NCBI RefSeq assembly: GCF_018350175.1
Contig: NC_058383.1
Location: 26,414,001 to 26,478,000 of the forward strand
DNA from: Felis catus
Lineage: Eukaryota
Length of the DNA stretch: 64,000 nt
Direction: 5' to 3'
This document shows positions 24,461 to 38,221 of this stretch, in pieces. Both the position numbers and the translations under genes were made by a program. The notes under the pieces are model-generated. The model saw nothing but the letters and a program-made list of their open reading frames with translations, did not search any database and was not told where the DNA came from. Each line of letters begins with the position of its first letter. Position 1 is the stretch's first letter.

Positions 24461-25269
24461 AAGAAGGCACCCTTTAACTGCAATGTCATCACTACCTCGT
24501 GGCATTTGCTTTGTTGGTAAATGCCCTCAAGTCACCTCCATCTGAGGACATTAGTTCCTCACGTTCCCAGACTGTGACTCAGCTCCATTATGTCTTCGCT
24601 CACAGGGCCTCAAGTGGTCTCTTGATGCACAAAAAACAGTCTCCCGAATACAGAGCAGGTGCACATTTCTGGAATTGTAATCTGTCGTCCTGGGGAGACT
24701 GCAGTGAAGGAGCCTCTGCTTATGGACTTACTGCCCCCACTGGACACCTCTGTTCCCTTGTTCTCCTGTCAACACGGAGACGGGGGCTGTGGCTGATCAC
24801 CCAGATGTCATTATGATCTCCGCAGAGTCGTGTCACCCACACCGTTTGTTGAAATCCAGGGGTCACCTGGCATGTGTTTGGAACACATCAAGCACATTGA
24901 GAGGCACAGTGGAAAACAAGACTGGCCTCGTAGATACCTGGTTTCTTACTCCCAAACCTGCCTTCAGCTGTGTGATTCTATCTGTTGGCAAGTGACAACC
25001 TTCAACTGGCTTCTGCAAGAGAATAGGGAATTTACCGGCTCCTGTGACGAAGTCCAAAATCGAGACACAGCTGGGTGCAGGGACTGTGTTCACTATGTTT
25101 CTTTATCTTGCAAACTCGTTGCCTCACCGTCTGCTCTGCGTGCATAGCTGGACAGGACACACTTTGTTCTCCACAACCCAGTAACAGGCCTGAGTTCCCC
25201 GTCACCTCGCCTGGGCCTTCTGCCTCCTTTGTCCCCCTCACTCCTCAGGTGAACCCCTCCAAATGCACT

Positions 25270-25640
25270 TTTTGGGTACAAACCACCCAATCCAGAGTTT
25301 ATACCTCAGCATCCTCCCTGATCCATTTCTCACACCCAGGCCACCATATACCTGCTCGCATCACCCCAGGGCCAGTGACAACCATCAGGGACAGCCCCAG
25401 AGTCCACTGAAGTTATCCAAACGTGCTTCCCCTGCCTCACCTGTTTTTCCTGCAGAAACCACAATAAAGGCTATTACCCACAGACCCTCCTCCCACCTCC
25501 ACCTGGTGACCGACCCTGGTACTTCCCTGACTGTCCCCCCATCCTGCGACATGTACTTTCTCTTGAGGTCTGGGAGCATAACAAGTTATCTTTTTAACGG
25601 CAATCACCTCTTCTGTTGGCCTTGCCACATCTAAATACTA
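25270..25640 (+). mobile_element. ERV LTR (MER74-like)
   Basis: aaccacccaatccagag...cctgcagaaaccacaataaaggct...ctcttctgttggccttgcc. Confidence 0.5.
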
Positions 25641-25899
25641 AGAAAACCGGGATGCAGACAGTGTCTTCAGGAAGTTCTCTGTCTCTCTCAGCCCTGTTTT
25701 GCTTGGTGCCGGCTTCATTCACAGACAAACTTTCCCTAAGAGGTGGCAGGGGTTTGCTAGCAGTCCCACTGCCCTTCTCCTTGGAGTTGGGTGGCCCCCA
25801 TGGAAGGAGGGCTTCTCTTTCCACCAGCAGTCTTAGAGTTGATCGCTATTAGTGGGGCTTTGGGTGACATGCTAAGACTCTGTACCCAGTCCTAGTTGT

Positions 25900-26658
25900 G
25901 GTGGACAACTTCTGGCCAGTTGTGACACTATCTACCTGGACATAGCATCAGATCCCCCAGGTTAAGGGCTCATTCCCTCAAGACTGATCCTCACTGCCCC
26001 CTCCCCCCCAACCCAATTTCAGATGCCAATTACAAATCGATGTTGTCACCTGTACTTCTGACCAGTCAGCTAGGTTCCCGTGACCCCCTCCTTGGGTTCA
26101 GTGAATTTGCTGGAGAGGCTCCCTGAACTCAGGAAAGCATGTTAAATTTACTACATCACCGGTTTATGATAAAAGCATAGAATTCAGGAACAGCCAGATG
26201 GAAGAGATACCGAGGGCAAGACATGTGGGAAGGAGGGGGGGGTGGGGTGGTTTCCATGCTCTCTCAGTGCCCCAGCTCCCCAAACCACATGTTCTCCAAC
26301 CCCAAAGCTCTCTGAACCCTTCCTTTTGGGTTTGTATGGAGGCTTCATTACACAGGCATGATTGATTAAATCATTGGCCCCTGGCCGCTGAACTCAGTCT
26401 CCAGCCTCTCTCCCCTCCCCAGAGATGGGGGTGAGAGAGAGGCGTGGGACTGAAATTTCCAAGGCTCTATTCACAAGATTGGCTCCCCTGGCAGCCTGCC
26501 CCCATCCTTAGCTGCTTTCCAAGGTCCCTCTTTAGCATAACAAAAGACACCTTTATCCCTCTCATCCCAGGAAAATCCAAGGGTTTTAGGAGCTGTGAGC
26601 CAGGAGCCTGTGGGTGAAAAACAAATATTTGTTGCTTATTATAAATCACAATATCACA
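25900..26658 (-). mobile_element. MER21-like LTR
   Basis: tctacctggacatagcatcagatcccccaggttaagggctca...ggcttcattacacaggcatgattgattaaatcattggcc...ataaatcacaatatcaca. Confidence 0.8.
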
Positions 26659-26839
26659 TATGTCCATCCTTGAACGAATCCCTGTGGTCAGACAGACAGG
26701 GTACTCTGTGTGATATAGGAGACTTCCAAGCCCTGGAGCTGGAGAGTGAGATCTATCCCCCCTGCCAAGAGTGGGAAGTCTACTTCTCAGAACAAAAGGG
26801 GGGTGCAGGGCAAGAGAAAACCCTGGGTGGTCCCTAACT

Positions 26840-27250
26840 TAGTCTGGGTTCCCTAGAAGCAGACCCCAGAGACAAGAATTTGATGCATGTCGTGTACTTG
26901 GAAGGTGATCCCGGGAAGCACCAGCAGACCCTGAGGAAGTGAGACAGGGAAGGGAAGGAAGCCAACTCCGGGTGCATTCAGGAGGGAGTTACTACTTAGG
27001 GCCCCTGGGGCCCAGCCCAGCCGGGAGACTGTACAGAACTCACCTAAAGGGTGAGGGAGTTGGGGGCATTAGTCCACCAGCCTCTATCTGTCACTGCTTG
27101 AGGCTGCCTCAAGGACACAAGTCCTCTAGCGCTTGCAGCTTGGCTAGAGTGCTCAGTGAGCAGATTCTTGGGGCCACAGAGTGGCCCAGACAGAAAAATC
27201 ACAGGTGCTTTGCAGTAAGAAGCTGTGTGTGGGTCCGTACAGAATGATGA
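26840..27250 (-). mobile_element. ERVL LTR (LTR16/LTR33-like)
   Basis: ttagtctgggttccctagaagcagacccc...ttggaaggtgatcccgggaagcacc. Confidence 0.55.
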
Positions 27251-28161
27251 GAGCCCAGGATCTGTTACAGTCAGAGGCAAGGCATTTCCCCGTGCAGCAC
27301 CTCCTAGAGTATTCTCACTGGTGAAATGAGATCATTGGACTACAGGCTCTCTCACTTCCCTCTCCGAGGGGAATCCTAAAGCTTTCGTCTCCAGGTCGGG
27401 TCGAGGCCACGTAAGGTGGCGGCTGAGTGTTCAGGCTCTGAGGTTGGATCGCCTGGTGTCTCAGCCAGGAAAACATGTGGCACACAGTACAAGGTTTATT
27501 TCAAACGAGTCTCGTGATGACGTGTTGCATCACACGCAGGACTGGCATCAGTAGGGAGCCGCACCACCCCGACGGGTACCAGAAGAGAGGCTGTGTCACC
27601 AGAGCTAGGCCGGTGGAGGGAGGGCCACTCGCCAGAGTCGTGGCTGTCCAGAACTGCAGCCAGGCGGGCAGCGGCGAGAAACAGCCTCGTCTCTTCCTGT
27701 CCTCCCAACCTCCCACCCGCTGAACCCAAAGGGAAACCAGAGAGCAAGGAAATAATAGGTCATGGAGGTCAGAGTCCCAGAGCACAGAACGGAGCAGAGG
27801 ACAGCAATTGGATCCAAAGGGACAAAGGGAGAAAAATGTGCCCACCCAGATTCAACACTCAGCTCCTCTGTTTCCTAGCTGTGCAACTTTGGACCAGTTG
27901 CTGAACCTGGCTGAGCCTCAGTTTCCTCCCCTATAGAATGGTATCAATGTTAATATCTACCTCTGAGGGTTATTGGGAAGATTAACACCCATAAAAGCGC
28001 TTAAAACAGTGCTAGGTATTTTGTAAATGATCAACGGATATTAGCCATTATATTATCATATAATTATATGAGTTATTAATTGCCTCTGACTGCAGCTATT
28101 AGCATGTGATAGCCATGTGCCAAGTACATAATTGCTGTGAAGTTAAAACATGACAAAATGT

Positions 28162-28575
28162 GGGGTGCCTGGGTGGCTCAGTTGGTTGAGCGTCTGACTT
28201 TGGCTCAGGTCATGATCTCGTGGTTCACGGGTTCGAGCCCTGTGTTGGGCTCTGTGCTGACCGCTCAGAGCCTGGAGCCTGCTTCGTGGATTCTGTCTCC
28301 TTCTCTCTCTGAGCCTCTCCCGCTCGTACTCTGTCTCTCAAAAATAAATAAGACATTTTAAAAAATGTTTTTAAAAAACATAAAATGTGTTGAAGCATGG
28401 TGCCTGGGTGGCTCATTCGGTTAAGTGTCCGACTCTTGGTTTGAACTCACGTCATGGTTCATGGGTTCGAGCCCCACGTCAGGCACTGCGCTGACAGCAC
28501 AGAGCCTGCTTGGGAGTCTCTCTCTCCCTGTCTCTCTCTCTCTCAAAACAAACTTTACAAAAGAAAAAAGAAAAA
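28162..28575 (+). mobile_element. Two tandem SINECs
   Basis: Heads at ~28162 and ~28399 with CT-rich and A-rich tails. Confidence 0.88.
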
Positions 28576-29539
28576 CACGTGTTGAAGGGATTTGAAAATT
28601 TGAGTGTACTCCCAGATACTAAAGAGTATTCTTATTTGGCCTAAGAAGACTTAATGAAGAAAGAGACTGCAGACAGAGGGAAAAAAGGAAAGAAAAAGAA
28701 AGTGACCAGGGGCAGTGTGGGCAGCGCTCTTGATTTTTCCTTTCTCTGGGACATTCCTTCCACCTCCTGCCAAAAACTATCTCTTGCCTGTACTGCACCA
28801 AGAGAAATGTTACAGGAGCATAATATGCTCCTCGTTGTAGTGAAGTCAAGATAAATCTTTCCAGACGAATAGATAGTTATCTCTGGGAAGTGGCTGGGAG
28901 GAGTCTGGCGCTCATGAAGTTCTGCCAAAAGCTGTCAAGACCATGGGATCCCTTCCCTGTTATTCCGGAGATCTCAAGGTGCATGGCAGGTACCCCAGAC
29001 TTGGGGGTGGGGTGGCGATCAGAGCCCCTTTCCTGAATGCTTGCCGAGGGCCAGGCACATAAAGTATTACCTCACTAACCCTTCCTGCAAAGCGTTACTG
29101 CGTCCCCCATTTTATAGATGAGGAAACTGAGGCTCAGAGGCTTCGAGGCGTTTTCCCAGGTCGCATAGCTAGTGAGTGGCTGGAACCAATGTCCGTCTAA
29201 GTCCAAAGCTCTTGCTCTTTCTGGGGCACCTGGACCTAATGCCAGCTCCACCTGGAATTACCCTGTAATTTCTTTCCTCTTTCATTTCGGGGAGGTCACT
29301 TGTACTCTCTGCCATCCATGGAGTGATGGAGCCGGTGGTAATCTCTCCTTCCAGCTCCACGTTCAAGGGCAGAGCCGCAGTGTCAGTGGCTTCAGCGGAA
29401 GTTCCTACCCAAGTATAACCAGACCATAATACGAACACCATGTGGCAGGATTTCTCACCATCAGCCTGCTTTATATTGTCCATGTTAAAAAAAAAAAAAA
29501 AATTTGCAGGGCAAAGTAAAAGTGCCAACCAGAACTGAA

Positions 29540-30325
29540 CACAATCTGAACAGCTATCAGCTGTAGAATGGGTGGATAGATTGATTCCAGGGGCGCCCTG
29601 GTGGCTCAGTCAGTTGAGTGTCCGACTTCAGCTCAGGTCAGGTCATGATCTCACAGTTTGTGAGCTCAAGCCCCACCTTGGACTCCCTGCTGTCAGCACA
29701 GAGCCAGGTTCAGATCCTCTGTCTCCCTCTCTTCCTGTCCCTCCCCTGCTCGCGTGCGCTCTCTCAAAACTAAACATTAAAAGAAGAAAAATTATTTAAA
29801 GAATAAATTGATTCCATAATGGGTCTGGGTCTCACCTGGCCAAAGTCAAAGTGAGGCCGAGGTCTCCTCTGAAGCCGGGGTCCTCTTCCAGTGCTCACTG
29901 GTTGTTGACAGAGCTCACTTCATTACAGCTGTGGGACTGAGGCCTCAGCTCCTGGAGGCCTCTCACTGTTCCCTGCCCCACAGTCCTCTCCACACACGGC
30001 TGTTGGCTCCTTCAAGGCCAACTGGAGAGCATCGCTGAGGCTTTGAATTTCTTGATCTCTTGTGTCTCTGACCTCTAGACCTACATTCTAAGGGTTCAGG
30101 TGACTAAATCAGGCTCACTCAGGATAATCTCTCCTTTGGTAAACTGAACCTGTTAGAGACCTTAATTACATCCACAGCACCCTTTTACTTTGCCATATAA
30201 TGTAACCGAATCGGCAGAGTGATGCCTCGCCATATTCCCGTGTCCCCCCTCCCGCACACTCCAGGGGAAGGGATTGGATAGGGAGGGCTCACCGTGGGCT
30301 CCATTTTGGAATCCTGCCTGCCACA
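29540..30325 (+). mobile_element. MLT1 LTR with a SINEC at 29590-29800
   Basis: ggggtcctcttccagtgctcactggttgttgacag...gaccttaattacatc...ccattttggaatcctgcctgccaca. Confidence 0.75.
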
Positions 30326-32058
30326 ATTCACTGAGCATTTACTATGTACCGGACTCTCTAACTGCTTTATGTGCAACCATTCACATCAACCCTATAAAGG
30401 AGTTGTAGGGTCCCTGTTGTACTGATGAGCAAGGTGAGGGGCCAAGAAGTTAGGTGACTGGTCACACAGCTCATGAGTGGCAGAGCTAGGGTTTGGACCC
30501 CCCGTCTGCCTCTGCCCCCCCTCTTTCTATGTGTGTCTGTGCATCTCTATGTGTATGTGCATGTCTATGTGTATGTGTGTGTGTTGCCTTGTGTGTGCCT
30601 TCCTCTGTTTCTTACACTTACACACTCATAGACATACACATACACATTCTCACAACACTTCCCCCAGTCCTTTCCTTCTCCACCTTTTTGGTAAACGTTT
30701 GCCTTCAGAGAGTCGTTTTGAAGGGTCCAAAGGGGATGGGGACGTTTGAGGAAAGGAAGAGACAGAGAGCATATAAAGCCCAACCTTAGGAACTGGTGTG
30801 ATGACCGAGCATTTGCTGTGTCCTGTGCTAAGCTTTGCCCTTCACATCCGTCATCCCACTCCTCCTCCCCGCAACCCCACTTGACTGACAAGGAGAGGGC
30901 GCTCAGAGAGGTTAAGCTACTTGCCAAGGTCACACAGTAAGCAACCAGGATGGAGGCCCCCTCAGATTAGTCCAGCCAACGGCCAGCTTTCCCTGGCACC
31001 CCAGTGCCTCTCCTCAGGGCCCTCTGGCTTCTCTGCCATCATTGTGAGAGCTGCCAACGCAGCTCAAAACCTCAGCTCACCTGGAAAGAGAGCTGCAAGC
31101 AAGCAGAAGGCCCAGGCTCTCCCTGCCTCCCAGCCTCACGGCAAACTCGGCCCGGTTTGCATTCATGACAACATCGATCTTGTTCAAACCCCCGAGCCCA
31201 TGAGCCCCACCACGTTGGTAGCCTCTGAGTCACTGCACACCGGCAGACGGTGCTAAACTAATTTCCCAGCATCTTTGGGAAGGATTTGGTTTCTGTCTCC
31301 CCAGCAAAGGGCCACGCAGACAGTGGCAGGAGACCAGCAGGACCCAGGGGCTCCCTTCTTGCTCTGGGGGAGGACTGACTGAGATGTGATAAGATCCTGA
31401 TTAGCACAGTGGCTTGGACTTGGGTCCAAACTGAATTAAGGGATGGGACAGTCCAAACCAAATCACAGGGATGGTGCTAAAACATCCCTGGAAATGCAAC
31501 CAGATAGAGAAAATTGTCATTATCTTTTACAGTGACTTACAAGGCTCTCGCTATGCATACAGATGACTGACTCTTCATTACAACCCTGTAAGGTAGGTAC
31601 TATTTATTTTTACCATTTTACAGATGAGGAAACTGAGGCACAGAGCTCTAGGAACTTGTTCGAGGTCACAAACCTGGTAGGTGATAAAGCCAGACTTTTA
31701 ACCTTGACCACCTGAGTCAACGGGCCACCACATCATTTGCCCGTCCAGGTGTCCACACATCTTGGTCGGTCCCTCCCTGGTGATAGCTTCCACAGAAGAC
31801 AAGACAAGAAGTCAGTTAACATCTGTTCCTCTCTGGAATTGGTTTTGAATCGGTCCCCAGATGTGTAGTGATGCTGGGTTTCAGACCAGGCCCAGCCATC
31901 TTCCTGGTTCCCAACTTCCTGCTCCCTTGGCAAGGCTTGAGTTCCTACTTTGCACTTGCTAATTCCATCAACAGAGGCAACATGAAGTAATGCAAGAAGC
32001 CAGAGCAGAGGAGCCAAGTTCAAATCCTGGCTTTGTCAAGCCTATGACCTTGGACACG

Positions 32059-32086
32059 TCTCTCTCTCTCTCTCTCTCTCTCTCAG

Positions 32087-32127
<41 letters not shown>
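32059..32127. repeat. Compound microsatellite (CT)n-(CA)n
   Basis: Direct reading. Confidence 0.95.
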
Positions 32128-32129
<2 letters not shown>

Positions 32130-32509
32130 ATAAGGCACACAGTCAGCCCTCAATCAATGCCAGTACCAAAAGTGACACAGCAGTAATTATTGCCAATTTA
32201 ACCTGTTGGTTAAGCACACAGACTCCAGAGCCTATCTGGGTTCAAAGCTGTATAGCCCTTCAGGTTTGTCAGTTAACCTCAGAGATCTCACCCCTGTAAA
32301 GGGGGATACTGATAATACCCACCTTGTAATTAGTTAAAACCGATAAAGGTTTAAGACACCAGTATACACTAAATACACATAATATTTAAAATCATAATAA
32401 CAGAAAGTCTACATGTCCATTTCAACCTTGACTTTGGCTTTGGCAATGGAAATTAAGATGCTGCCGGATGAACTACTTTTAACTAAATTCTATGACAACA
32501 AGGCACTTT

Positions 32510-32947
32510 GGGGCACCTGGGTGGCTCAGTTGGTTGAGCATCTGACTTCAGCTCAGGTCATGATCTCAGGGCCCATGGGTTCGAGCCCCACGTCAGGGTT
32601 TGTGCTGACAGTGCAGAGCCTGCTTCAGATTGTCTGTCTCTGTCTCTTTTTCCTCTCTTTGCCCATCCCCTGCTTGTGCTCACTCTCTCTCCCTCGCTCT
32701 CAAAAATAAATAAACGTGAAAAATTTTTTTAATCCTTTTTGACATTTATTTATTTTTGAGAGCAAAAGAGAGACACAGAGCATGAGCAGGGGAGGGGCAG
32801 AGAGAGGGGGAGACACAGAATCTGAAGCAGGCTCCAGGCTCTGAGCTGTCAGCATGGAGCCCGATGCGGGGCTCGAACTCACGAACTGCGAGACCATGAC
32901 CTGAGCCGAAGTTGGTCGCTCAACCAACTGAGCCACCCAGGTGCCCC
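32510..32947. mobile_element. Tail-to-tail inverted SINEC pair (32510-32722 +, 32735-32947 -)
   Basis: ggggcacctgggtggctcagttggttgagc at left and its reverse complement at right. Confidence 0.92.
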
Positions 32948-33109
32948 CAAAATTTTTTTAAAAGAACAGCAAAGCAATTAGTAATAGAGTGGATATTTTG
33001 AGTATAATTCAGTGACATTTAATATAAAATGGCCAATTTTATGTTGTGTGATTTACCACAATATTCTACCTATTCATTTGTTCATCCTAACAGTGTCACA
33101 AAATCTGGA

Positions 33110-33276
33110 ATTTTTTAAAGGTTATTTATTTTTAAGTAATCTCTAGGTATAGACCCAATGTGGGACTCAAAACCCCAAGATCAAGAGTTACATGCTCTTC
33201 TGACTGAGCCAGCCACGTACCCCAGTCTGCACTATTTTGGACAGATGATAGGTGATCTGTGAGCTTCATATTATTT

Positions 33277-33319
<43 letters not shown>

Positions 33320-33496
33320 GAGACAGGCAGGGGGAGAGAGCAGGGGAGGGGCAGAGAGAGGGAGAGAGAATCCCAAGCAGGCTGTGTACCATCAGCATGG
33401 AGCCCGATGTGGGGCTCAGTCTCACAACTGTGAGATCATGACCTGAGCCGAAATCAAGAGTTGGAGGCTCAAACGACTGAGCCACCCAGATGCCCC
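33110..33496 (-). mobile_element. Two SINECs; the second has a (TTTA)n tail
   Basis: tgtgag(c/t)ttcatattat direct repeat flanks the second copy. Confidence 0.88.
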
Positions 33497-34708
33497 TGTG
33501 AGTTTCATATTATTGTCTTATACAAAGGATATTGCTATCCACACGGAGCTATTTGAACACGCAAGAGAGAACAGTTTTCCCAGCCTGCAGTCTTGTGAAC
33601 GTGTCCTTTGGACTGACCGCAGAGCCGTAAGTAAATATGGCCAGAGAGAGCTCCGCTCTCGTCAGAACCAGGGCAAACCCAAAACGGCCTGACTGTTCAT
33701 AACCCCCATCCATGCACCGTGGATGACCTGCGTCAGCAGCCATGGGAGTGGCCCTTTAGAAGCTGCCTGAATACATCTTTGAAATGATTTCTCCATGGTT
33801 CATGCTGCATCATAAATTTATAAAGTTAGACACGCCTTCTCCAAAATGTCAGTCTGGAAAGAACATGACAAGCACCGGCATTTTAAAACGCGGTTATCCA
33901 AAACGACCGAATAAAGGCTTTGGAAGAATGCCACTTGTCCCATGTGCCTTCTCTCCAGGTTAAGAGCTGCCGCATGGCTTTTGGCACTGAGAACCTCGGA
34001 GCCTCCGGCGTTAGAAAGCCGGCCGCTGCAGGGAAAGGCCAAGCGCCCTCTGTTCATCTTACTTGGCATCATTATATTTTGGCAGGGCTTCTCAGTGACT
34101 GCTCAGAAAGCCACTGGCAGTCTCTGGGTCTGGGCATTCGTGTGGCGGCAGGTGGGGATCAAACGTGCCCACTGCCACCACCTGACACCCCCGAAGCCCT
34201 TGCTGGAGCACATATGGCCTACAGGTACTTCGAACGTGACACTGGGTTTCAGAGTAAACGCTGGAGTCTGAGATCCACATAGGAAAACCTTAACATTTGG
34301 TTAAACTTTCTTTTTTAAAAAAAGCTTATACATAGCAAAGAACTGTGTCTGCCATTGCCTGAGATTTTGTTTAGTTTTGTTTTCGGAGCCGATCAAAGAT
34401 TTTATTCCTTCCTCTTGGAGAAGGCCAAATCCCAGCTGAGCCCTGTTGATCCTTATCGTGCTCCTGGATCACATCCTTTTTGGATAATTGGCAACAGTGA
34501 GCTCAAATTCCAGCCTTCCTCCTGGGAGACTGGGAGCCTGTCACAGAAACATGTGGCCGTAAAAGTACTTTCTCGATTGTGTGGGGAATGCAGCCAGACT
34601 TCTCCATGAGACAGATCTTGGCCTTATCAGGTCACCCTATTGCAAATCCAGTTCTCGGCATCACTGGGAATAGCCTGGTTCCCCAGGAGTAAAGAAACTA
34701 TATTTTCA

Positions 34709-34905
34709 GGGGCGCCTGGGTGGCTCAGTTGGTTAAGCATTGGACTCTTGGTTTCCAATCATATTTTGTGGGTTAGTAGACCTGCATCAGGCTCCACGCT
34801 GATGTGTGGAGCCTGCTTGGGATTCTTCTCTCTCCCTCTTTCTTTCTGCCCCCCCCCCCACTCATGCTGTCTCTCTCAAAATAAATAAATAAACTTAAAA
34901 AAACT
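34709..34905 (+). mobile_element. SINEC
   Basis: Head and tail; aagaa(a/g)ctatattttca direct repeats. Confidence 0.88.
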
Positions 34906-35152
34906 TTCTTTTAAGAAGCTATATTTTCAAATGGAACCCAACAGGTCTGCAGCCAGAGGTAACCTGAGATGTTACTATTTTGTCTGTATCACCATAATTC
35001 CAATCTGCATACAACCAAGTGTTCTGGGATCAATCTTTCCTTTAATAATAGCATCAGCTACAGTGCTTTCAGCTGGAAGCATTGAAGCTGGCAGAAAACC
35101 CAATTTAACTGGCTTAAGCAATGATAAAAGTACAATCTCATCTAACAAGATG

Positions 35153-35369
35153 AAATCATAAACAAGGCAGCCTTGTACTGGCAGTTCTTGCCACTGCAAT
35201 AAGGTAAGAAAAAGAAATAAAAGCATAAAGATCAGAAAGGAAGAAGTAAAACAATCTCTATTTGCAGATAACATGATTATTTATATAGAAGAGCCTAAAG
35301 AACTACAAAATAACTACTAGAACAAATGAGTTTAACAAGGTTGCAGAATAGGATCCATATACAAAATAA
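35153..35369 (+). mobile_element. Isolated internal L1 ORF2 reverse-transcriptase fragment inserted in an MLT1 LTR (~35065-35860)
   Basis: Encodes IRKEEVKQSLFADNMIIYIE (FADD motif, 35261-35275); flanked by tcat(c/a)taacaagatg. Confidence 0.8.
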
Positions 35370-36449
35370 TCATATAACAAGATGCCTGAATGGAGGGGGG
35401 GAGTGCCCTTAATTGTTCAACAATATCACCAAATACCTAAGTTATCTAGAGCTTTCCACATTGCCAGATGTAGTGTTGTTTCTTATGGTTGCACAATGAC
35501 TGACACAGGTCCAAAAATCACAGCTCCACAAAGCAACATCCAAAGGCCAGAGCAAGAAAAGAGGACATATTTCTTCCTTGTGTCCATATATAAGATATGA
35601 AAACTTTCATAGAAGCCTAACCCCCTAGGCTTTCCTTCATTAGCCAGGATGGTATCACATGCCCATTTGTGAACCAGTCACTGGCCAAGGAAGCAGAATT
35701 ACTGTGATTGGCTCGAAATAGTCAGGATTTACACTCCCCATTCAGTGGGGCTGAGAAGATGGCCAGATTCCTTAAAGCTCATGACCACAGGATACCTGAA
35801 CAAAACCAGAATTTGGCTGAAAAGTAAAGAAAGGGAAATGTCCACCAGTAGCAACTAACAGTATCTTTCATGATATCCCGCACACAGTTTCCTATCATCA
35901 AGCCATTGGGGAGCTCAAAGCTGGTCATGAATAAGATCTTAGCTTCTGTCAACAGGGATGTCTGCTGCCTCTGGGTGACCTCCAGACCCCTGGCTTTCAA
36001 TGCGACCAGCAAAATCCCTTTAGCTTATGTATTCCCTTTATTTATGTATCCTTGCATGATTTTTTAAAACCTTCTGTTTACAAATACATTTTGTAATTTT
36101 TAAAGGCAATTTCCCATTCTTTATCTAATCTCTCCATACAATGAACTCCAGAAGCCCCAAGAGATTAAATGATGTCCCTAAAGTCACCAGGAGCAGAGAT
36201 ACTATGGGGTATTGATGGCCTGCTATGCACCAGAATCTGTACTAGGCATTTAGCATGCATTGTCTTGTGTAATTCTCACTACTACCCAACAAGGTAGATT
36301 TTCTTACTATTCCTATTTTGTAAAGGAAGACTAAGGCACAGAGAGGTTAAGTAACTTATCTCTGGTCACACAGCTAGGGAATAGAAGACCCGGGATAGAC
36401 CTCAGGTCTATCTAAACCCCAAACCCTATGCTCTTTAACTCCTAAATTA

Positions 36450-38167
36450 GATTTTTAGTTTTTTATTTTACAGAGAGTGTGCATGCATACATGCATGCCA
36501 GCAGGGGAGGGGCAGAGAGAGGGGGGGAAAGAGAATCCCAAGCAGGCCCCCCTTTGTGACACAGGACCCCAACACAGGGCTCAGTCCCACAAACTGTGAG
36601 ATCATGACCTGAGCCAAAATCAAGAGTCAGTTAACCAACTGAGCCACCCAGGCGCCCCATAACTAGATTTTTTAAATCATCTTGTCCCAAATACCTATGT
36701 TCAGCTTGACTTAATTAAAGATTAACTCATCTAATATTTCCCTTGATGTTTCTTTCCATGTCAACACAAATAAGAATAGTTTTAAAAGGCAGAAACAATG
36801 GAATGAGGAAAAGAGAGGCTATCTTTCATTTCTTTAATCTGGCAAGCCCTCCTCTCACAAACTCTCCCTTCTCCCCATCCCCTCACCCCACCCTGCCACT
36901 AGCCCCAAAACCTGCAATTCACCACAGGCTTCCCATACCCACACGTACTATGCAGTCTTTGTCCATACTAGTGGCTCCAATACAGATAAATTCTGTGCCT
37001 TCCTAAATTTTCTTTTTTCCAGCCATAGGTCATTCCTTGAACCCAATTCTTGGTACTCTTTTTCTGGTCCGACACTCTGGGAACCTAGCTGTGTTGCCCT
37101 TCCCAGACCCTCAAGTCTGCCAAACCCCTGAGACCCCAATTCCAATAAGAATTCCTTTCCTGGGGGCACTTGGGTCGGCTGAGCATCTGACTTCGGCTCA
37201 GGTCATGATCTCACGGTTCGTGGGTTCGAGTCCCACATTGGGCTCTGTGCTGACAGCTCGGAGCTTGGAGCCTGCTTCAGATCCTCTGCCGCCTTCTTTC
37301 TCTGCCCCTCCCCCACTCGTGCTTGCTCTCTCCCCAAAACAAATAAACATTAAAAAAAAAAAAAGAATTCCCTCCCTGTCAGAGTGGAGAAACCAGCTGT
37401 ATTATAGTCCATTCTTTGACATTCTCTGCTTAAACCTTTAGTCTGGGACTTGGCACCTCTGGAAAGAAAGATGAAAAAATGGCAAAAGAGGGTGCAGTTT
37501 GGAGATAAGAAAAGGCTGCATACAGTCAATATGTCTCTCCTTCTCCCCACGTGGAACCTCATTGCCTCCCTCCTCCTTTCTTAACTGCTCTCCCATCTCT
37601 GACTCACCCTTTAGCCAGCCCCACATGATCTTCCCCACACCCCCAAGCAGACCAGAGGCCAGGCCCCTGTAGCACCCATTTTTTACAAACTACTTCCTAC
37701 CCTCCATTTCATTAAAAAGGATGATATAAAAATATTCCATGTGTACCATTTCCTATCTCTCTAGCATGATTTGAATTTCATTTTTCTAGGAGATGAGGAA
37801 GAACTCTCAATATCCCTCTTTTATTCTGATTGCCTTATAAATTGTAAGACTTAAAGCAACATAATTATATCATTTAGGGAAGGTTTTCAGGAAATTGACA
37901 TGACAAGGAAATTGAAGAAAAAGAAAAAACCTGTTCATTTTTTATCTATTCAGTAAAAAATTGGAGAAAATAATACTCTGTCCCTACACCTGCCGGTTAC
38001 CTCCAATAGATTCTTTTCAACACTATTTAGAAAGTAAATGACATTGGGGCACCTGGGTGGCTCAGTAGGTTAAATGTCCAACTCCTGGTTTCAGCTCAGG
38101 TCATGATCTCACGGTTCCATGAGTCTGATCCCTACATCGGGTTCCACAGGTGCGGAGCCTGCTTCAG

Positions 38168-38221
<54 letters not shown>

